From: Candidatus Dadabacteria bacterium
GTDB lineage: Bacteria > Desulfobacterota_D > UBA1144 > Nemesobacterales > CSP1-2
Length of the DNA stretch: 64,000 nt
Direction: 5' to 3'
Assembly (NCBI GenBank): GCA_963805855.1
Contig: CAWDVW010000005.1
Span: 640,001 to 704,000, forward strand
Part shown: positions 13,301 through 26,355 of the stretch, in pieces
Position numbering within the stretch: position 1 is the stretch's first letter
Layout: each line of letters begins with the position of its first letter
Made by a program: the position numbers and the translations under genes
Notes under the pieces: model-generated
Seen by the model: the letters and a program-made list of their open reading frames with translations, nothing else
Databases searched by the model: none
Told to the model about the DNA's origin: nothing

Positions 13301-16300
13301 GCCCGGAACTGACGGTGGAGAAGTTCATACCAAATCCCTTCAGCGATACACCCGGGGAGAGGCTTTACAAAACAGGTGATCTTGCCCGCTATCTACCAGA
13401 TGGGAACATAGAGTTTCTGGGGAGGATAGACAATCAGGTAAAGATACGTGGTTTCAGGATAGAAACAGGGGAAATAGAATCTATACTTAGAGAACACCCC
13501 GCTGTAAGAGATGCGGTCGTTGTAGCAAGGGGGGATGGGAGTGGAGATCCTTCGACTTCGCTCAGGACAGACAAGCAGCTCATCGCGTATCTGATTTATC
13601 AAGGGGGGCAGGAAGTAATTGTAAGTGAGGTGAGGGGGTTTTTAAGGGAAAAGCTACCTGAGTACATGGTGCCATCATCATTTGTAACACTGGATGAATT
13701 ACCACTCACTCCAAGTGGAAAGGTAGATAGAAAGGCACTGCCTGAGCCTGATAAAACAAGGCCAGAACTGGGTAGAGAATTTGTAGCACCGCGAACTCCC
13801 ACAGAGGAGATACTCTCAGACATATGGGCCCAGGTGTTAGGCATAGAGAAAGTAGGAGTATATGACAACTTCTTTGAACTGGGAGGACACTCACTGCTTG
13901 CCACACAGGTGGTGTCCCGCACAAGAGATGCCTTTAAGGTAGAGCTGCCACTCAGAAACCTTATAGAGAAACCCACTGTTGCTCGACTAGCAGAGATAAT
14001 AGATGAGGAGAAGAAAAAAGGTGAGGAACTAGAAGGTCCACCTATTAAACCAATACCAAGGGATATCGAACTTCCCGTATCCTTTGCCCAGGAGAGGCTA
14101 TGGTTCCTCGATCAGTTTGATCCAGGCAGCAGTGCCTACAACATGCCTGTAGCAGTGAGAGTAAGGGGCAGACTAGATGTGGAGTTACTGGAGCGCTCGA
14201 TAAACGAGATAATAAGGCGTCATGGGTCACTCAGGACTACATTTAAATCAGTGGATGGAAAACCAGTACAGGTAATAGCTCCAGAGTTGAGTTTTACACT
14301 ACCAGTGATAGACCTCAGTGAATTGCCAGAGGAGCAAAGGGAGTCTCGGGCAAGGACTTTAGCGATAGAAGAGTTTACTAAACCATTTGACCTTGCCAAA
14401 GGTGCACTCATAAGAGCTAAGGTTCTGCATATGGGGGAAGATGAGCATGTGGTTTTATTTACGATGCACCACATCATATCAGATGGCTGGTCTATGGGCA
14501 TACTCATCACAGAGGTTGCGGCAATATATGATGCATACTCCCGTGGGGAACCCTCACCCCTGCCGGAACTACCGATACAATATGGAGACTTTTCACAGTG
14601 GCAGAGACAGTGGCTACAGGGTGAGGTGCTTGAGTCACAGCTAGGGTACTGGAAACAGAAGCTTGATGGCCTACCACCGGTTCTTGAGTTACCAACCGAT
14701 AGACCGAGACCAGCTATACAGACATACAATGGGGCACATGAATCATTTGAGCTTTCCTCCGTGTTATCAGAAGCCCTAGCTGAGCTGAGTAGAAGGGAAG
14801 GAGCTACACTGTTCATGACGCTGCTTGCTGCCTTTCAGACACTGCTCTATAGGTATACAGGGCAGGAGGATATAGCAGTAGGTACGCCAATAGCAAACAG
14901 GAACCGGTCGGAGATCGAAGGGCTTATAGGTTTCTTTGTCAACACACTTGTGCTGCGTACTGACTTTTCAGGAAATCCGAGCTTCTTAGAACTATTGAGG
15001 AGAGTAAAAGAAACCTCTCTCGAAGCATACGCACATCAGGACCTACCCTTTGAAAAGCTGGTAGAACACTTAAGGCCGGAGCGTGACCTGAGTAGAACAC
15101 CGTTATTTCAGGTGTTTTTCAATATGCTAAATGTCAAACTTGAGCAACAAAACGTAAAAGGGCTCGCCATCGAGGATTTCCCATTATCAGATATGGAATC
15201 AAAATTTGATTTAACCCTCTATGCCGATGAAGGACAAGGGAGAATCAGCTTTTTGTTTGCCTACAATAGGGACCTTTTTAACCGAGATAGGATCCATTGT
15301 TTAACACAACAATTTCTCCATCTTCTCAATCAAATCGCCAAAGAGCCAGACAAAAAGCTTTCTACCTATTCCCTTGTAGCCCCAGAGCATAGGGACATAA
15401 TTCCAGATCCCTCCATCATCATAACTGAGCCTGATCTTGAACCAGTTACTTCTACGTTTTTAAGAATAGCCGAAACGCTTCCAAATCATATAGCAGTTTC
15501 TCAGGGAAACCGAAACTGGACATACGCGAAACTTGCATGGAGTTCTTCTATTATTGCGAGAACCCTTCGATCAAGGGAATTCCAGAAAGGCGATGTAGTT
15601 GCCATACATGGAGAGAAATCCATTGGTTTAATTGCAAGTGTGATAGGGGTACTTTTAAATGGCTGTGTAATCCTTACTCTGGATCGACAACTACCTGACG
15701 ATAGAAAACAATTGATGCTCAGGGAGGCAGGTGTGAAAGGTCTGGTATTAGTCGGTAGTAACGACTATGAACATAGATGGTCCGATAAGCAAGTAGGGAT
15801 AAAGGTCATAAGAGTCGACAGTTGGGATGGTCTGCCATGTGATTTTGATAGCAGTTCGCTCTGCGAGCGTGTTCAATTGCCGTTGATCAAGTCAAGTGAT
15901 CGCGCCTATATTTTCTTTACCTCAGGAAGCACAGGTTTACCTAAAGGCATATTGGGTTGGCATAAGGGCTTAAGCCATTTCATTAACTGGCAACATAACG
16001 CATTCAATATTAATAGCCAAGATAGAGTTTCTCAACTTATAAGTTTATCCTTCGATGCTGTGCTAAGAGATATTTTCTTGCCTTTGACAAGCGGCGCAAC
16101 TCTTTGCTTGCCAGAAGAAAGTGACGATATAGCAGCGAATGACGTGTTAAATTGGTTGGATGTGCAAAAGGTAACGGTACTGCATACCGTACCTAGTATA
16201 ACGCAATTCTGGCTGACAAATCGCGCTAGTGAAAGATCATTAAGATATCTCCGATATGTGTTCTTTGCGGGCGAACCTCTCACAGATAGTCTGGTTAATG

Positions 16301-19300
16301 ATTGGAAAAATTCATTACACTATGATGGGAAAATCGTGAATCTTTATGGTCCCACTGAGACGACGCTAGTAAAGAGCTACTATGAAGTTCCACAAGAGGT
16401 TTCACCTGGAATACAACCAATAGGCAAAGCGATGCCCCAGACACAGGTTCTTATTCTAAATACTGACTATGAGCTATGCGGCATCGGTGAGCCTGGAGAG
16501 ATTGTAATTCGTACGCCTTTCCGCACCCTTGGATATATCAATTCACCTGACGAGCAGCTGAAGCGCTTTAGAAACAACCCTTTCAGCAAAGATGAGAATG
16601 ATGTTGTCTACTTAACAGGTGATCTCGGCCGTTATAGGCCAGATGGCTCTCTCGATATTCTTGGCCGCGTCGATGATCAGCTAAAGATCAGAGGGGTTCG
16701 AGTAGAACCTTCAGAGGTGACGGCGACACTCTCACAGCATCCTGATGTACAGGCATGCTTTGTTACTGAATGGAAAAATGAGAATGGAGAAAGGGCGCTA
16801 GTCGCTTATGTTGTAACCTCTGATAAACAGGATCTTAGGATAGACAATATAAGAAAGTTCCTAATCAATAGACTGCCATTGGCATTTGTCCCTTCGGTTT
16901 TTGTAACAATTGATCAACTTCCGTTGACCGCCAATGGTAAAGTAGACCGTCAAGCGTTACCATCTCCCCTTGTCTCAAAGATAGAGATAAAAAGTGATTT
17001 CGTATCTCCTCGCAACACTACTGAGAAAATTCTAGTTGATATATGGATTCAAGTGCTAGGTCATAACAAAGTGGGAATTCATGACAACTTTTTTGATCTT
17101 GGCGGACACTCCCTTCTGGCTACGCAAATTATATCTCGCGTCCGTGAGGCCTTCAATGTGGAGCTACCCCTGCGCGGTCTTATCGAAGAGCCAACAATAT
17201 CTAATATGGCAAAGGCGATCGAAGAAGCCAAAAATGTTGAAAGTGAGACTCAGGCACCTCCAATTAAGCCGATTCGACGAGAGATCGAACTTCCCGTATC
17301 CTTTGCCCAGGAGAGGCTATGGTTCCTCGATCAGTTTGATCCAGGCAGCAGTGCCTACAACATGCCTGTAGCAGTGAGAGTAAGGGGTAGACTAGATTTG
17401 AAGGTACTGGAGCGCTCGATAAACGAGATAATAAGGCGTCAGGGGTCACTGAGAACTACATTTAAATCAGTGGATGGAAAACCCAAACAGGTAATAGCAA
17501 GTGAGTTGAGTTTTGCACTACCAGTGATAGACCTCAGAGAATTGCCAGAGGAGAAAAGGGAGTCTCGGGCTAGGACTTTAGCGATAGAAGAGGCAAAGAC
17601 CCCATTTGACCTTGAGAGTGGTCCTCTACTCAGGGCTACCGTGCTAAGGCTTGGGGAGGAAGACCATGTCGGTCTATTCACGATGCACCACATCATATCA
17701 GATGGCTGGTCTATGGGAATACTCATCAGAGAGGTTGCGGCAATATATGATGCATACTCCCGTGGGGAACCCTCACCCCTGCCGGAACTACCGATACAAT
17801 ATGGAGACTTTTCACAGTGGCAGAGACAGTGGCTACAGGGTGAGGTGCTTGAGTCACAGCTAGGGTACTGGAAACAGAAGCTTGATGGCCTACCACCGGT
17901 TCTTGAGTTACCAACCGATAGACCGAGACCAGCTATACAGACATACAATGGGGCACATGAATCATTTGAGCTTTCCTCCGTGTTATCAGAAGCCCTAGCT
18001 GAGCTGAGTAGAAGGGAAGGAGCTACACTGTTCATGACGCTGCTTGCTGCCTTTCAGACACTGCTCTATAGGTATACAGGGCAGGAGGATATAGCAGTAG
18101 GTACGCCAATAGCAAACAGGAACCGGTCGGAGATCGAAGGGCTTATAGGTTTCTTTGTCAACACACTTGTGCTGCGTACTGACTTTTCAGGAAATCCGAG
18201 CTTCTTAGAACTATTGAGGAGAGTAAAAGAAACCTCTCTCGAAGCATACGCACATCAGGACCTACCCTTTGAGAGACTGGTGGAGGAACTTAATCCCGAG
18301 AGAAACATGAGTCACTCACCACTTTTTCAGGTGATGTTTGCACTGCAGAACACACCGATGCAATCCGTAGACCTGGGAGACCTGGTGATTAGTCCGGTGG
18401 ATATGGAGAGAGAAACCGCGAAGTTTGATCTTACAATGTTCATGGTGGAAACGGACGGGAGACTAATGGGGTCAATCGAATACAACACCAACCTCTTTAA
18501 CGATACCACCATAACTCGAATGATAGAGCATTTCCGAACTCTGGTGGAAAACATAGTGAAAAGTCCAGACCACAGAATAACAGAGCTGCCCATATTAAAC
18601 GAGAAGGAAAGACATCAACTCCTTGTGGAATGGAATGACACTAAGAGGGAATACCCCAGAGAAAGGTGTGTACATGAACTATTTGAGGAACAGGTGGAAA
18701 AGACTCCGAACAATATCGCGCTTGTGTTCGAAGATCAAAAACTTACTTACAAAGAATTAAACGAGAGATCCAATCAGTTGGCTTATTATCTGATTGAACT
18801 TGGAGTTGGACGGGAAACACTGGTTGGAATATGCATGGAGAGATCATTGGAGATGATCATAGGTCTATTGGGAATACTCAAGGCCGGCGGGGGCTATGTG
18901 CCGCTTGACCCCTCATATCCCAAGAAGCGGCTAGAGTTCATGATAAAGGATTCACAAATAGATATGCTTCTTACTCAGACAAGCTTGGTCGAAACGGTAC
19001 AAGGGGATGAATTGACAATGACTTGCCTTGACGAGCAGTGGAATGATATCGCCACGAGGAGTAAGAGAAACCCCTCAAGCCGTGTATCCACAGATAACCT
19101 TGCCTATGTCATTTATACCTCAGGCTCCACAGGCAATCCTAAGGGTGTGGGAATCGCACATAGCGCCCTCCATAACCTTCTTTTATGGCAACTCTCAAAT
19201 CTCTCGTCATCCCTCAATGCCAAAACGCTTCAATTTTCTCCTGTAAGCTTCGACGTCTCCTTTCAGGAGATATTATCAACCTTGCTCGGTGGAGGGTCGT

Positions 19301-22300
19301 TGTTCCCAATCTCGGAAAATACTCGAATCGACGCCTCAGAGTTATTTAATTTCATAATCGAGCGAGGGATTGAGAGAATTTTTCTCCCCGTTATAGCCTT
19401 GCGACAACTCTCCGAGGTCGCCGATGGAAAGATTTCAAATACCTCACTACTTAGAGAAGTGATCACCGCTGGCGAGCAATTGAACATTACCCCACCCATT
19501 GAAAGGATGTTTAGTCAACTAAAGGATTGCATTCTTGTCAACCAATACGGACCTACAGAGAGTCATGTAGTCACTGCGTTCAGGCTCAAAGAAAAACCAA
19601 CTAGTTTGAATCCCCTTCCCCCCATTGGGCGGCCAATTTCAAATACTCGGATTTATATAATGGACAAGTACCTAAACCCTGTCCCCATTGGAGTAGCTGG
19701 GGAACTTCACGTTGGAGGACTAGGACTTTCACGTGGATATCTTAATAGACCTGCGCTTACCGCCGAGAAGTTTATACCAGATCCATTTAGTGAAGAGCCA
19801 GGACAGAGACTTTACAAGACAGGCGACCTTGCCCGATACCTGCCAGACGGGAACATAGAATTTCTAGGAAGAATAGACAATCAGGTAAAGATAAGGGGAT
19901 TCAGGGTAGAAATGGGGGAAATTGAATCAGTATTAAGGGAACATCCATATGTAAATGATGCAGTAGTTGTGGCAAGGGGGGATGGGAGTGGAGATCCTTC
20001 GACTTCGCTCAGGACAGGCAAGCAGCTCATCGCATATCTAGTGGCTCAGGGGGAGAAGGAGTTAATTGTAAGCGAACTGAGGGGATTTTTAAAGGAAAAG
20101 CTACCAGAGTACATGGTACCATCATACTTTGTAACACTGGATGAGCTGCCACTAACACCCAGTGGCAAGGTAGATAGAAGGGCACTGCCTGAGCCGGATA
20201 AGACGAGACCTGAGCTTGGAAGAGAGTTTGTAGCACCCCGAACTCCTACAGAGCAGATACTTGCAGACATATGGTCTCAGGTGCTAGGTATAGAGAAAGT
20301 AGGAGTATACGACAACTTCTTTGAACTGGGAGGGCACTCACTGCTTGCCACACAGGTAGTCTCCCGCACAAGAGATGCGTTTAAGGTAGAGCTACCACTT
20401 AGAAACCTCATAGAAGAACCCACCGTTGCTCGACTAGCAGAGACAATAGACGAGGCGGGAAAAAGGGGTGAGGGGCTGAAGGCACTTCCAATCATACCCA
20501 TACCAAGGGATATCGAACTTCCCGTATCCTTTGCCCAGGAGAGGCTATGGTTCCTCGATCAGTTTGATCCAGGCAGCAGTGCCTACAACATGCCTGTAGC
20601 AGTGAGAGTAAGGGGCAGACTAGATTTGAAGGTACTGGAGCGCTCGATAAACGAGATAATAAGGCGTCATGGGTCACTCAGAACTAGATTTAAATCAGTG
20701 GATGGGAAACCAACTCAGGTAATAGCGTCTGAGATAATATTTACTCTACCTGTTTTGGATCTCAGAGATTTGCCAGAAGACAAAAGAGAGTCCCGGGCTA
20801 GGAGATTAGCGATAGAAGAGGCCCAGAAGCCTTTTGAGCTTGAGAGTGGTCCTCTACTGAGGGCTACTGTGCTAAGGCTCGGGGAGCAAGACCATGTCGG
20901 TCTCTTTACGATGCACCACATAATATCAGACGGCTGGTCTATGGGAATACTCATCAGAGAGGTTGCTGCGATATATGATGCATATTCCCGTGGGAAACCC
21001 TCACCCCTGCCAGAACTACCAATACAATACGGAGACTTTGCACAGTGGCAGAGAAAGTGGCTACAGGGTGAAGTGCTTGAGTCACAACTAGAGTACTGGA
21101 AACAGAAGCTTGATGGTCTGCCACCGGTTCTTGAGTTGCCAACCGATAGACCGAGGCCAGCTGTACAGACATACAATGGAGCACATGAATCATTTGAGCT
21201 TTCCTCCGTGTTATCAGAAGCCCTAGCTGAGCTGAGTAGAAGGGAAGGAGCCACGCTGTTCATGACGCTGCTGGCTGCTTTTCAGACACTGCTCTACAGG
21301 TATACAGGGCAGGAGGATATAGCAGTAGGTACCCCTATTGCCAACCGGAATAGGTCAGAGATAGAGGGGCTTATAGGTTTCTTTGTCAACACACTGGTGC
21401 TGCGAACTGACTTTTCAGGAAATCCAGGCTTCTTAGAACTATTGAGGAGAGTAAAAGAGACCTCACTCGAAGCATACGCACATCAGGACCTGCCGTTTGA
21501 GAGACTGGTGGAGGAGCTTAATCCCGAGAGAAACATGAGTCACTCACCCCTTTTTCAGGTGATGTTTGTACTGCAGAACACACCGATGCAATCTGTAGAC
21601 CTGGGAAACCTGGTGATTAGTCCGGTGGATATGGAGAGAGAAACGGCGAAGTTTGATCTTACAATGTTCATGGTGGAGACGGACAGAGGACTAACGGGAT
21701 CGATTGAATATAACACCAATCTCTTTAACGATACCACCATAACTCGAATGATAGAGCATTTCCGAATTCTGGTGGAAAACATAGTAAAAAGTCCGGACCA
21801 CAGAATAACAGAGCTGCCAATATTAACCGAGAAGGAAAGACATCAACTCCTTGTGGAATGGAATGACACTAAGAGGGAATATCCCAGGGATAAGTGCGTA
21901 CATGAGCTATTTGAGGAACAGGTGGAAAAGAATCCGGACAATATCGCAGTGGTATTTGAAGATGAAAGATTAACCTATAGAGAGTTGAACGAGAGAGCCA
22001 ATCAGTTGGCTCATTATCTGCTTGAACTTGGAGTAGGCCCTGAAGTATTGGTGGGGATATGCATGGAGAGATCATTAGAGATGATCATAGGCCTATTGGG
22101 AATACTAAAGGCCGGCGGGGCTTACTTACCCCTTGATCCAGACTATCCGAACGTAAGACTAGAATTCATGATGCGAGATGCAATAGTTAACGTACTCATC
22201 ACACAAAAAAGTTTGTTGGAGAAGTTAAGAAACAGCTTATCCAAAAAAGTTTGCATCGACGCAGATTGGGAGGAGATAGATAAGAAAACTCAGAAAAACC

Positions 22301-25300
22301 CCGAAGTCCAGGTATCCCGAGATAACCTTGCCTATGTCATTTATACCTCAGGCTCCACAGGCAATCCCAAGGGTGTTCAAATCCATCATAGATCACTGAC
22401 AAATTTCCTAATTTCATCTTGCAACCAGTTGAGATTAACATCGGGTGAAATAATACCTGCAATTAATACCTATTCATTTGATATCTCTATTCTAGAAATT
22501 TTTGTACCACTTGTTACCGGCGCCAGAGTAGGTTTGATTAGTCACGAAATTGCAACCGACGGATCACAATTGTCAAAAAAGATTAATCAATTAAGCGCAA
22601 CGATGATTCACGCTACACCTGCAACCTGGAAACTGCTTTTTGCAGCAGACTGGAAGAGTCCAAAAACATTCAAATTACTATCTGGTGGTGAGGAATTAAT
22701 TAGAGATTTGGCGAATCAACTGATTGAGAGGTCGAATTCGCTATGGAACGTGTACGGGCCCACTGAGGCTACTGTCTATTCTACATTTTACCAAGTTGCT
22801 AACCAAAACGGTTCTGTACCGATAGGCCGACCGATTGCCAACACCAAAATCTTTATTCTGGACAAGAGCTATAATCCAGTTTCTATAGGTACAGCGGGAG
22901 AGCTTCATATCGGAGGAGACGGACTGTCTCGTGGCTATCTGAACCGACCCGATCTGACAGCCGAGAAGTTTATACCGAACCCATTTAGTGAAGAGCCCGG
23001 CGAGAGGCTTTACAAGACAGGAGACCTTGCGCGGTACCTGCCAGACAGCAACATAGAATTTCTGGGAAGAATAGACAATCAGGTAAAGATAAGGGGATTC
23101 AGGATAGAAACAGGGGAAATAGAATCAATACTAAGAAAACATCCATACGTAAATGATGCAGTTGTTGTAGCAAGAGAGGACGCACCTGCCGAAAAACGCC
23201 TTGTCGCATATTTATTGGTGGATAGCGAGCATAAGCCTGTTATAGAAGAACTAAGGGCTTTTTTAATGGAAAAGCTTCCTGAGTATATGGTGCCATCATC
23301 CTTTGTAACACTTGATGAATTACCACTAACCCCAAGTGGAAAGGTGGATAGAAAGGCACTGCCTGAACCGGATAAGAAACGACCGGAAATCTTACAAGAA
23401 AAATACGTGGCACCGAGAAATCCAATAGAACAGGAATTTACAGATATTTGGAGTGAAGTCCTTGGAGTTGACCAGGTTGGAATTTATGACAATTTCTTTG
23501 ATTTGGGAGGTAATTCCCTCCAGGCAACCAGACTGATATACAAAATATCTTCAGACCTGCAATACGAAGTTTCGGTTAAAACACTATTCTTAAATCCTAC
23601 AATCTCTGACCTTGTAAATGCTATTGCGAAACCTTCAGCTGAAGTCGAAGATAAAAGACCCTCAGTTTCGAACGAAACCACTAGCAAAGAACTTGTAAAC
23701 AAAGATCAAGCAAGCCGTTCTAGATTGAATGATTATATAGAAATTGAACGACGTCCACTACTGGACCTTATTAAAGATGGGGAAATTAAGCAACTAGATG
23801 CAGCAGCTATCGGTTACTTATCAAGCTCAATACTGGATCACCCAAGTATTGACAGGAAAATGGTGGACGATTTTTTTAACAATAAACCGATAATATCGAA
23901 TATTATGGATTTAGATCTAGGTCGTATTGCAATAATATTAATACCATTTTTCGAATCAGAGCTATATGCCGATCAGGATTCCTTAGTTGACATGATAATA
24001 GACTCGCTCGAATTAGCGGGCTTAACGGGGGCGAAAACCGTTTCTCTAACGGGTCTCATACCCTCTGCCACTGGTTACGGCCGTGCTATCTACGATGCAG
24101 TCGATGGTCGCACTGATTTACCTCAGATCACAACAGGACATGCAACGACCACATCTTCAGTTGTACTTCAAATAACCAGAGCACTTAGGGAAAGTGGGCG
24201 GGAGCTGAGCAATGAAAAGGTAGGTTTTTTAGGTCTGGGATCGATAGGAATGGCAACCCTTAGTTTGATGCTGAAAAGCCTCCCTCATCCATCGGAAATT
24301 ACTTTGTGTGATCTATACAGCAAGCATGATACCTTAGAGAAGCTAAAAAACAGTATTATTAGAGAATTTGGATACTGTGGGAGTATACAAATAGTAGGTT
24401 CCGGTGTTAGGGTCCCATCAGAATTTTATGAAAATTCTCTAATCATCGGAGCTACAAACGTACCAGAAGTCATTGATATTAAACTTGCAAAGCCCGGTAC
24501 GATAATTGTCGACGATTCAGCACCGCACTGCTTTTCCGTAGAGGACGCCATTCGCAGATTTGAAAAGCACGTTGATATAATTTTCACAGAGGGTGGCGTT
24601 CTACAATCACCCAAGCCGGTTTGCCATTTACGGTATCTCCCAGAGATCGCAGAAAGACTTATTGAGAAAGGCCAATTAGAAGCATTCGCAGAACAAGACT
24701 CATCGCAAATAACCGGCTGCGTGTTATCCGGCCTACTCTCATCTCGTTTCGACAATCTAAAACCTACATTGGGTTTAGTTGAAGCTGCAACTTCCTGCAA
24801 ACATTATGAAATTCTTAAAGATTTAGGGTTCGATGCGGCGGAACTACATTGTGGGAATTATGTCCTTGAAAAAGAAGCAGTTAAGGCATTCAGGCAAAAC
24901 TTTAGTATACAGAATACTAAAATCAAAAAGGATATAAGGATAGGTATAGAAAAATCTCCACTTGTGACCATCCAACCACTAGGTTCGAAGCCCCCCTTCT
25001 ATTGTGTTCATGCCATTGGTGGGAGCGTTTTCTCATATTATGACTTGTCAAAATTTCTCGGCAAAGATCAACCCTTTTACGGGCTAGAATCGGTGGGTAT
25101 GGAAGGTGAAGAGCCTCCTCTCTCGAACATCGAAAGAATGGCCGCACTGTATATTCAAGCTATTCAATCGGTTCAGTCGGTTGGTCCTTATAGCATAGGA
25201 GGATGGTCTATGGGAGGATTAATTGCTTATGAAATGGCTCAGCAATTGTTAGCTCAAAAGGACACAGTGTCACAATTAATTCTGTTTGACTCTCACTCTC

Positions 25301-25929
25301 TCAGAAGAAACAGAAAGGCAACAAAAAGATATTCGAACAGACTTCTACGAAATTTTTTAGAAAAGCTTTGCTATTACTTTAAAAACCCGAACACTTCATT
25401 AGATCACGTCATAGACGATTTACCTGACGAGGGTTGGTCAGAGGAAATTATATACGAAAATGAATTAAGTAAGGGTAATCGCGTAATCCGTCCCTATAGA
25501 GAATTAGCCAAGATTCTCGGTATCAATTCCAGTGAGCTTAACTTATTATTGAATCATATTTTAGAAGGCGATTCAGGTAAACCCTTAATCCGGATCTGGA
25601 ACAATCTTGAACCTGAAAATGAAACAAACAGAATGATTGAACTCCGGCATGCTATCCGAAGGTTGGACATATATCTTAATAACTACAGGGCAATGCACAA
25701 ATATAAGCCTAAACCTTATCCAGGGCAATTAACCCTCATTCGTGCTAAGGGTCACTTTAGCATTTTCGAAATAGATAAGTCCTTGGGGTGGGGAACCTTA
25801 GCCAAAGGCGGCGTTGAAGTTCACATTGTTCCCGGGGATCATTATACTATATTTAAAAGGCCGAACGTCAATCTCTTGGCTGAAAAACTAAATGCATGCC
25901 TTAACGATGCAAATGGCACCGGAATTTAA
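4396..25929 (+). CDS. NRPS, 6 modules: C(DCL)-A-T, five C(LCL)-A-T, then an NAD(P)-binding acyl-ACP-reductase-like domain and TE
   Basis: [14 protein letters not shown] in the first C domain, five HHIISDGWS, six A3 motifs (Y/F)TSGSTG, five GGHSL plus one GGNSL, Rossmann GLGSIG, TE GWSMG...GDH. Start overlaps the upstream NRPS stop. Confidence 0.97.
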   Translation: MIIVKRDDRKDIEDIYHLSPMQEGMLYHSLYASESDVYFNQLTCTLQGKLNISAFKKAWQNIVDRHSILRTLFIWKGLDKPLQVVRRNVKLPFELKDWRSLSPSDQLLSFETLLDEDRRRGFDLSKAPLMRMTLINIGENNYKLVYSSHHLLLDGWSLPLILKEVFIFYEAFCQNQEVQMERPRPYRDYITWLKKQDLSKAEVFWRKTLKGFTAPTPLNLKSSTDNGPEDREEAYGEQHMQLPTAIAKSLQSLGRQHELTLNTLVQGAWAILLRQYSDGEDVVFGSTVSGRPPSLRGVESMVGLFINTLPLRVRVSPDHYVIPWLKNLQAKQVVTREYEYSPLVQIHGWSDVPRGLPLFESILVFENYPVDRTVQHGLNNLEVLDIRSYERTNYPITIGVSAGENFSLQIGYDRSRVGDNSISRMLGHFRTLLEGMALKPNRRISELPILTNEERRQILVEWNDTQRKHPTNRSIQEIFENQVNKTPDSVALAFREKQLSYKELNQRANQLAHYLTDHGVGPESRVGICLERSTDMIAGMLGILKAGGAYVPLDPTYPKERLDFMVQDSSPKVVLTQERFLKLLSDRAAHIVCIDTQRDEIDRKSKRNPKQTISPDNLAYVIYTSGSTGKPKGVLISHGAILGHCDTVKRYYDLESNDRILQFASFNFDASLEQIFPTLIVGARLVLRGDELWIPSEFLRKMEQFGLTVINLPSAYWQQLVREWAGSPALKTNIRPKLFVVGGDVMDPESLRLWHQTPFSSVRLLNAYGPTEATITATTYEIPINFDEKSSAARIPIGRPLYNRNIFILDKSRNPVPVEVNGELHLGGEALGRGYLNQPELTAERFIPNPFSEEPGERLYKTGDLARYLPDGNIEFLGRVDNQVKIRGFRIETGEIETTLREHPYVNDAVVAAREDGSGEKELIGYLVAHGEQESIVSELRGFLNEKLPGHMVPSYLVTLDELPLTPSGKIDRKALPEPDKTRPELGREFVAPRTPTEEILADIWAQVLGIEKVGVYDNFFELGGHSLLATQVVSRTRDAFKVELPLRNLIEEPTVSRLAETIDEAGKRGEGLKALPIIPIPRDGELPVSFAQERLWFLDQFEPGSSAYNMPGAVRVRGRLDVELLERSINEIIRRHGSLRTTFKSVDGKPKQVIASELSFALPVVDLRELPEEKRESRARTLAIEEAKTPFDLESGPLLRATVLRLGEEDHVGLFTMHHIISDGWSMGILIREVAAIYDAYSNGKPSPLPELPIQYADFSQWQRQWLQGEVLESQLQYWKQKLDGLPPVLELPTDRPRPAVQTYNGAHESFELSSVLSEALGELSRREGATLFMTLLGAFQTLLYRYTGQEDIAVGTPIANRNRSEIEGLIGFFVNTLVLRTDFSGNPSFLELLRRVKETSLEAYAYQDLPFERLVEELNPERDMSHSPLFQVMFVLQNVPTQALEIEGLTLSPLEPDSSRALFDLTLTVSDTDQGLMGSIEYNTDLFDDTTITLMIEHFRILVENIVKSPDQRITDLPILTEKERHKLLVEWNDTKSEYPTDKCVHQLFEDQVKKTPDATAVVFEDQKLSYKELNERANQLGHYLRDHGVEPECRVCVCLERSIEMIVGLLGILKAGGVYVPVDPSYPKQRLEFMLEDSKVKAILTQESLVEMLPTNGAQVVCIDTQWEGIAKNTKKNPVSGITPSNLAYVIYTSGSTGLPKGVAVQHRSVVNHNLDVSKRYDLKQDDRVLQFYSISFDGAVEEIFPTLLSGATLALRGEEILAPGTEFLDFVASNKINVVNLPTAYWHEWVKELPSTNGRFPDSLRLVVVGGDRVSPDRYETWSEVVDGRVRWIDTYGPTETTVISTMAEPDGISRLSIGQPIANTTTYILDKHMYPAPPGVPGELHIGGLGLARGYMNLPELTAEKFIPNPFSDDSGERLYKTGDLARYLPDGNIEFLGRIDHQVKIRGFRIETGEVESVLREHPYVKDAVVVARGDGSGDPSTSLRTDKHLVAYVVTAGENQTTDSELRNYLKQKLPEYMVPSSFVTLDELPLTPSGKVDRKALPEPDKTRPELGREFVAPRTPTEEILSDIWAQVLGIEKVGVYDNFFELGGHSLLATQVVSRTRDAFKVELPLRNLIEEPTVSRLAETIDEAGKRGEGLKALPIIPIPRDGELPVSFAQERLWFLDQFEPGSSAYNMPGAVRVRGRLDVELLERSINEIIRRHGSLRTTFKSVDGKPKQVIASELSFALPVVDLRELPEEKRESRARTLAIEEAKTPFDLESGPLLRATVLRLGEEDHVGLFTMHHIISDGWSMGILIREVAAIYDAYSNGKPSPLPELPIQYADFSQWQRQWLQGEVLESQLQYWKQKLDGLPPVLELPTDRPRPAVQTYNGAHESFELSSVLSEALGELSRREGATLFMTLLGAFQTLLYRYTGQEDIAVGTPIANRNRSEIEGLIGFFVNTLVLRTDFSGNPSFLELLRRVKETSLEAYAYQDLPFERLVEELNPERDMSHSPLFQVMFVLQNVPTQALEIEGLTLSPLEPDSSRALFDLTLTVSDTDQGLMGSIEYNTDLFDDTTITLMIEHFRILVENIVKSPDQRITDLPILTEKERHKLLVEWNDTKSEYPTDKCVHQLFEDQVKKTPDATAVVFEDQKLSYKELNERANQLGHYLRDHGVEPECRVCVCLERSIEMIVGLLGILKAGGVYVPVDPSYPKQRLEFMLEDSKVKAILTQESLVEMLPTNGAQVVCIDTQWEGIAKNTKKNPVSGITPSNLAYVIYTSGSTGKPKGVPIIHSSLVNFLCSMGEQPGLTSKDLMLAITTLSFDIAALEIFLPIIKGACVELVTREVASYGTQLLKKITDSGATVIQATPATWRMLLEVGWSNKDRPKILCGGEALSSDLADELVKRSDSLWNVYGPTETTIWSTIHRVSKRSAFVSIGRPIGNTQIYILDKHLTPVPIGVPGELHIGGAGLARGYLNSPELTVEKFIPNPFSDTPGERLYKTGDLARYLPDGNIEFLGRIDNQVKIRGFRIETGEIESILREHPAVRDAVVVARGDGSGDPSTSLRTDKQLIAYLIYQGGQEVIVSEVRGFLREKLPEYMVPSSFVTLDELPLTPSGKVDRKALPEPDKTRPELGREFVAPRTPTEEILSDIWAQVLGIEKVGVYDNFFELGGHSLLATQVVSRTRDAFKVELPLRNLIEKPTVARLAEIIDEEKKKGEELEGPPIKPIPRDIELPVSFAQERLWFLDQFDPGSSAYNMPVAVRVRGRLDVELLERSINEIIRRHGSLRTTFKSVDGKPVQVIAPELSFTLPVIDLSELPEEQRESRARTLAIEEFTKPFDLAKGALIRAKVLHMGEDEHVVLFTMHHIISDGWSMGILITEVAAIYDAYSRGEPSPLPELPIQYGDFSQWQRQWLQGEVLESQLGYWKQKLDGLPPVLELPTDRPRPAIQTYNGAHESFELSSVLSEALAELSRREGATLFMTLLAAFQTLLYRYTGQEDIAVGTPIANRNRSEIEGLIGFFVNTLVLRTDFSGNPSFLELLRRVKETSLEAYAHQDLPFEKLVEHLRPERDLSRTPLFQVFFNMLNVKLEQQNVKGLAIEDFPLSDMESKFDLTLYADEGQGRISFLFAYNRDLFNRDRIHCLTQQFLHLLNQIAKEPDKKLSTYSLVAPEHRDIIPDPSIIITEPDLEPVTSTFLRIAETLPNHIAVSQGNRNWTYAKLAWSSSIIARTLRSREFQKGDVVAIHGEKSIGLIASVIGVLLNGCVILTLDRQLPDDRKQLMLREAGVKGLVLVGSNDYEHRWSDKQVGIKVIRVDSWDGLPCDFDSSSLCERVQLPLIKSSDRAYIFFTSGSTGLPKGILGWHKGLSHFINWQHNAFNINSQDRVSQLISLSFDAVLRDIFLPLTSGATLCLPEESDDIAANDVLNWLDVQKVTVLHTVPSITQFWLTNRASERSLRYLRYVFFAGEPLTDSLVNDWKNSLHYDGKIVNLYGPTETTLVKSYYEVPQEVSPGIQPIGKAMPQTQVLILNTDYELCGIGEPGEIVIRTPFRTLGYINSPDEQLKRFRNNPFSKDENDVVYLTGDLGRYRPDGSLDILGRVDDQLKIRGVRVEPSEVTATLSQHPDVQACFVTEWKNENGERALVAYVVTSDKQDLRIDNIRKFLINRLPLAFVPSVFVTIDQLPLTANGKVDRQALPSPLVSKIEIKSDFVSPRNTTEKILVDIWIQVLGHNKVGIHDNFFDLGGHSLLATQIISRVREAFNVELPLRGLIEEPTISNMAKAIEEAKNVESETQAPPIKPIRREIELPVSFAQERLWFLDQFDPGSSAYNMPVAVRVRGRLDLKVLERSINEIIRRQGSLRTTFKSVDGKPKQVIASELSFALPVIDLRELPEEKRESRARTLAIEEAKTPFDLESGPLLRATVLRLGEEDHVGLFTMHHIISDGWSMGILIREVAAIYDAYSRGEPSPLPELPIQYGDFSQWQRQWLQGEVLESQLGYWKQKLDGLPPVLELPTDRPRPAIQTYNGAHESFELSSVLSEALAELSRREGATLFMTLLAAFQTLLYRYTGQEDIAVGTPIANRNRSEIEGLIGFFVNTLVLRTDFSGNPSFLELLRRVKETSLEAYAHQDLPFERLVEELNPERNMSHSPLFQVMFALQNTPMQSVDLGDLVISPVDMERETAKFDLTMFMVETDGRLMGSIEYNTNLFNDTTITRMIEHFRTLVENIVKSPDHRITELPILNEKERHQLLVEWNDTKREYPRERCVHELFEEQVEKTPNNIALVFEDQKLTYKELNERSNQLAYYLIELGVGRETLVGICMERSLEMIIGLLGILKAGGGYVPLDPSYPKKRLEFMIKDSQIDMLLTQTSLVETVQGDELTMTCLDEQWNDIATRSKRNPSSRVSTDNLAYVIYTSGSTGNPKGVGIAHSALHNLLLWQLSNLSSSLNAKTLQFSPVSFDVSFQEILSTLLGGGSLFPISENTRIDASELFNFIIERGIERIFLPVIALRQLSEVADGKISNTSLLREVITAGEQLNITPPIERMFSQLKDCILVNQYGPTESHVVTAFRLKEKPTSLNPLPPIGRPISNTRIYIMDKYLNPVPIGVAGELHVGGLGLSRGYLNRPALTAEKFIPDPFSEEPGQRLYKTGDLARYLPDGNIEFLGRIDNQVKIRGFRVEMGEIESVLREHPYVNDAVVVARGDGSGDPSTSLRTGKQLIAYLVAQGEKELIVSELRGFLKEKLPEYMVPSYFVTLDELPLTPSGKVDRRALPEPDKTRPELGREFVAPRTPTEQILADIWSQVLGIEKVGVYDNFFELGGHSLLATQVVSRTRDAFKVELPLRNLIEEPTVARLAETIDEAGKRGEGLKALPIIPIPRDIELPVSFAQERLWFLDQFDPGSSAYNMPVAVRVRGRLDLKVLERSINEIIRRHGSLRTRFKSVDGKPTQVIASEIIFTLPVLDLRDLPEDKRESRARRLAIEEAQKPFELESGPLLRATVLRLGEQDHVGLFTMHHIISDGWSMGILIREVAAIYDAYSRGKPSPLPELPIQYGDFAQWQRKWLQGEVLESQLEYWKQKLDGLPPVLELPTDRPRPAVQTYNGAHESFELSSVLSEALAELSRREGATLFMTLLAAFQTLLYRYTGQEDIAVGTPIANRNRSEIEGLIGFFVNTLVLRTDFSGNPGFLELLRRVKETSLEAYAHQDLPFERLVEELNPERNMSHSPLFQVMFVLQNTPMQSVDLGNLVISPVDMERETAKFDLTMFMVETDRGLTGSIEYNTNLFNDTTITRMIEHFRILVENIVKSPDHRITELPILTEKERHQLLVEWNDTKREYPRDKCVHELFEEQVEKNPDNIAVVFEDERLTYRELNERANQLAHYLLELGVGPEVLVGICMERSLEMIIGLLGILKAGGAYLPLDPDYPNVRLEFMMRDAIVNVLITQKSLLEKLRNSLSKKVCIDADWEEIDKKTQKNPEVQVSRDNLAYVIYTSGSTGNPKGVQIHHRSLTNFLISSCNQLRLTSGEIIPAINTYSFDISILEIFVPLVTGARVGLISHEIATDGSQLSKKINQLSATMIHATPATWKLLFAADWKSPKTFKLLSGGEELIRDLANQLIERSNSLWNVYGPTEATVYSTFYQVANQNGSVPIGRPIANTKIFILDKSYNPVSIGTAGELHIGGDGLSRGYLNRPDLTAEKFIPNPFSEEPGERLYKTGDLARYLPDSNIEFLGRIDNQVKIRGFRIETGEIESILRKHPYVNDAVVVAREDAPAEKRLVAYLLVDSEHKPVIEELRAFLMEKLPEYMVPSSFVTLDELPLTPSGKVDRKALPEPDKKRPEILQEKYVAPRNPIEQEFTDIWSEVLGVDQVGIYDNFFDLGGNSLQATRLIYKISSDLQYEVSVKTLFLNPTISDLVNAIAKPSAEVEDKRPSVSNETTSKELVNKDQASRSRLNDYIEIERRPLLDLIKDGEIKQLDAAAIGYLSSSILDHPSIDRKMVDDFFNNKPIISNIMDLDLGRIAIILIPFFESELYADQDSLVDMIIDSLELAGLTGAKTVSLTGLIPSATGYGRAIYDAVDGRTDLPQITTGHATTTSSVVLQITRALRESGRELSNEKVGFLGLGSIGMATLSLMLKSLPHPSEITLCDLYSKHDTLEKLKNSIIREFGYCGSIQIVGSGVRVPSEFYENSLIIGATNVPEVIDIKLAKPGTIIVDDSAPHCFSVEDAIRRFEKHVDIIFTEGGVLQSPKPVCHLRYLPEIAERLIEKGQLEAFAEQDSSQITGCVLSGLLSSRFDNLKPTLGLVEAATSCKHYEILKDLGFDAAELHCGNYVLEKEAVKAFRQNFSIQNTKIKKDIRIGIEKSPLVTIQPLGSKPPFYCVHAIGGSVFSYYDLSKFLGKDQPFYGLESVGMEGEEPPLSNIERMAALYIQAIQSVQSVGPYSIGGWSMGGLIAYEMAQQLLAQKDTVSQLILFDSHSLRRNRKATKRYSNRLLRNFLEKLCYYFKNPNTSLDHVIDDLPDEGWSEEIIYENELSKGNRVIRPYRELAKILGINSSELNLLLNHILEGDSGKPLIRIWNNLEPENETNRMIELRHAIRRLDIYLNNYRAMHKYKPKPYPGQLTLIRAKGHFSIFEIDKSLGWGTLAKGGVEVHIVPGDHYTIFKRPNVNLLAEKLNACLNDANGTGI
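7400..9491 (+). repeat. ~2.1-kb direct repeat copy 1 (T-C-A N-terminal part)
   Basis: Appears identical to 10619-12710 (offset 3219). Alternative-frame ORFs 7628-7813, 7803-8399, 8015-8371 and 8820-9023 translate identically to their counterparts. Identity stops inside YTSGSTG. Confidence 0.93.
10348..10371 (+). repeat. In-frame 24-nt repeat insertion (DPSTSLRT), module 2 A domain
   Basis: gatccttcgacttcgctcaggaca. Absent at the homologous site of module 1 (7141: gatgggagtggagagaag). Confidence 0.85.
10619..12710 (+). repeat. ~2.1-kb direct repeat copy 2
   Basis: Matches 7400-9491. Confidence 0.93.
13546..13569 (+). repeat. In-frame 24-nt repeat insertion (DPSTSLRT), module 3 A domain
   Basis: Identical to 10348-10371. 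Confidence 0.85.
19993..20016 (+). repeat. In-frame 24-nt repeat insertion (DPSTSLRT), module 5 A domain
   Basis: Identical to 10348-10371, followed by ggc. Confidence 0.85.
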
Positions 25930-25961
25930 TCCAAACTAAATTGAATTCTTTGGAGGAAACG

Positions 25962-26225
25962 ATGAGCATAGATGAAGATGAAGACAAGACAATCTATAAG
26001 GTCGTAGTTAACCACGAAGAACAGTATTCCATATGGCCTACTGACAAAGATAATCCTCTTGGTTGGAATGATGTTGGAAAAGAAGGACCAAAATCAGAGT
26101 GTTTAGCTTACATCAAGGAAGTATGGACTGATATGAGACCTTTAAGTCTTAGGAAAAAGATGGAACAGATGGAAAAGGAGAAAAAAGTAAAATCAAAAAA
26201 GAAAAAAGCTGCAAAGAAAAAGTAA
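25962..26225 (+). CDS. mbtH: MbtH-like protein with Lys-rich C-terminal tail
   Basis: [12 protein letters not shown]...PLGW...[23 protein letters not shown] precedes the ATG at 25962. Confidence 0.96.
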   Translation: MSIDEDEDKTIYKVVVNHEEQYSIWPTDKDNPLGWNDVGKEGPKSECLAYIKEVWTDMRPLSLRKKMEQMEKEKKVKSKKKKAAKKK

Positions 26226-26355
26226 CTGAATTATTTCTAAAGACGTAATCCATTGTTTGCACCCTGAATTATAAGATTTCCAAACAACATTTAATGTATA
26301 ATAATGTTTAATTTGGTATTCCACTATTCGTTTTTGACCGCTTGAGGAGAAACAA

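Noticed and set aside
130-25147. Many short antisense or alternative-frame ORFs inside the NRPS genes, several repeated
   Set aside because: They are shadows of the NRPS frame and repeat only because the modules are duplicated.
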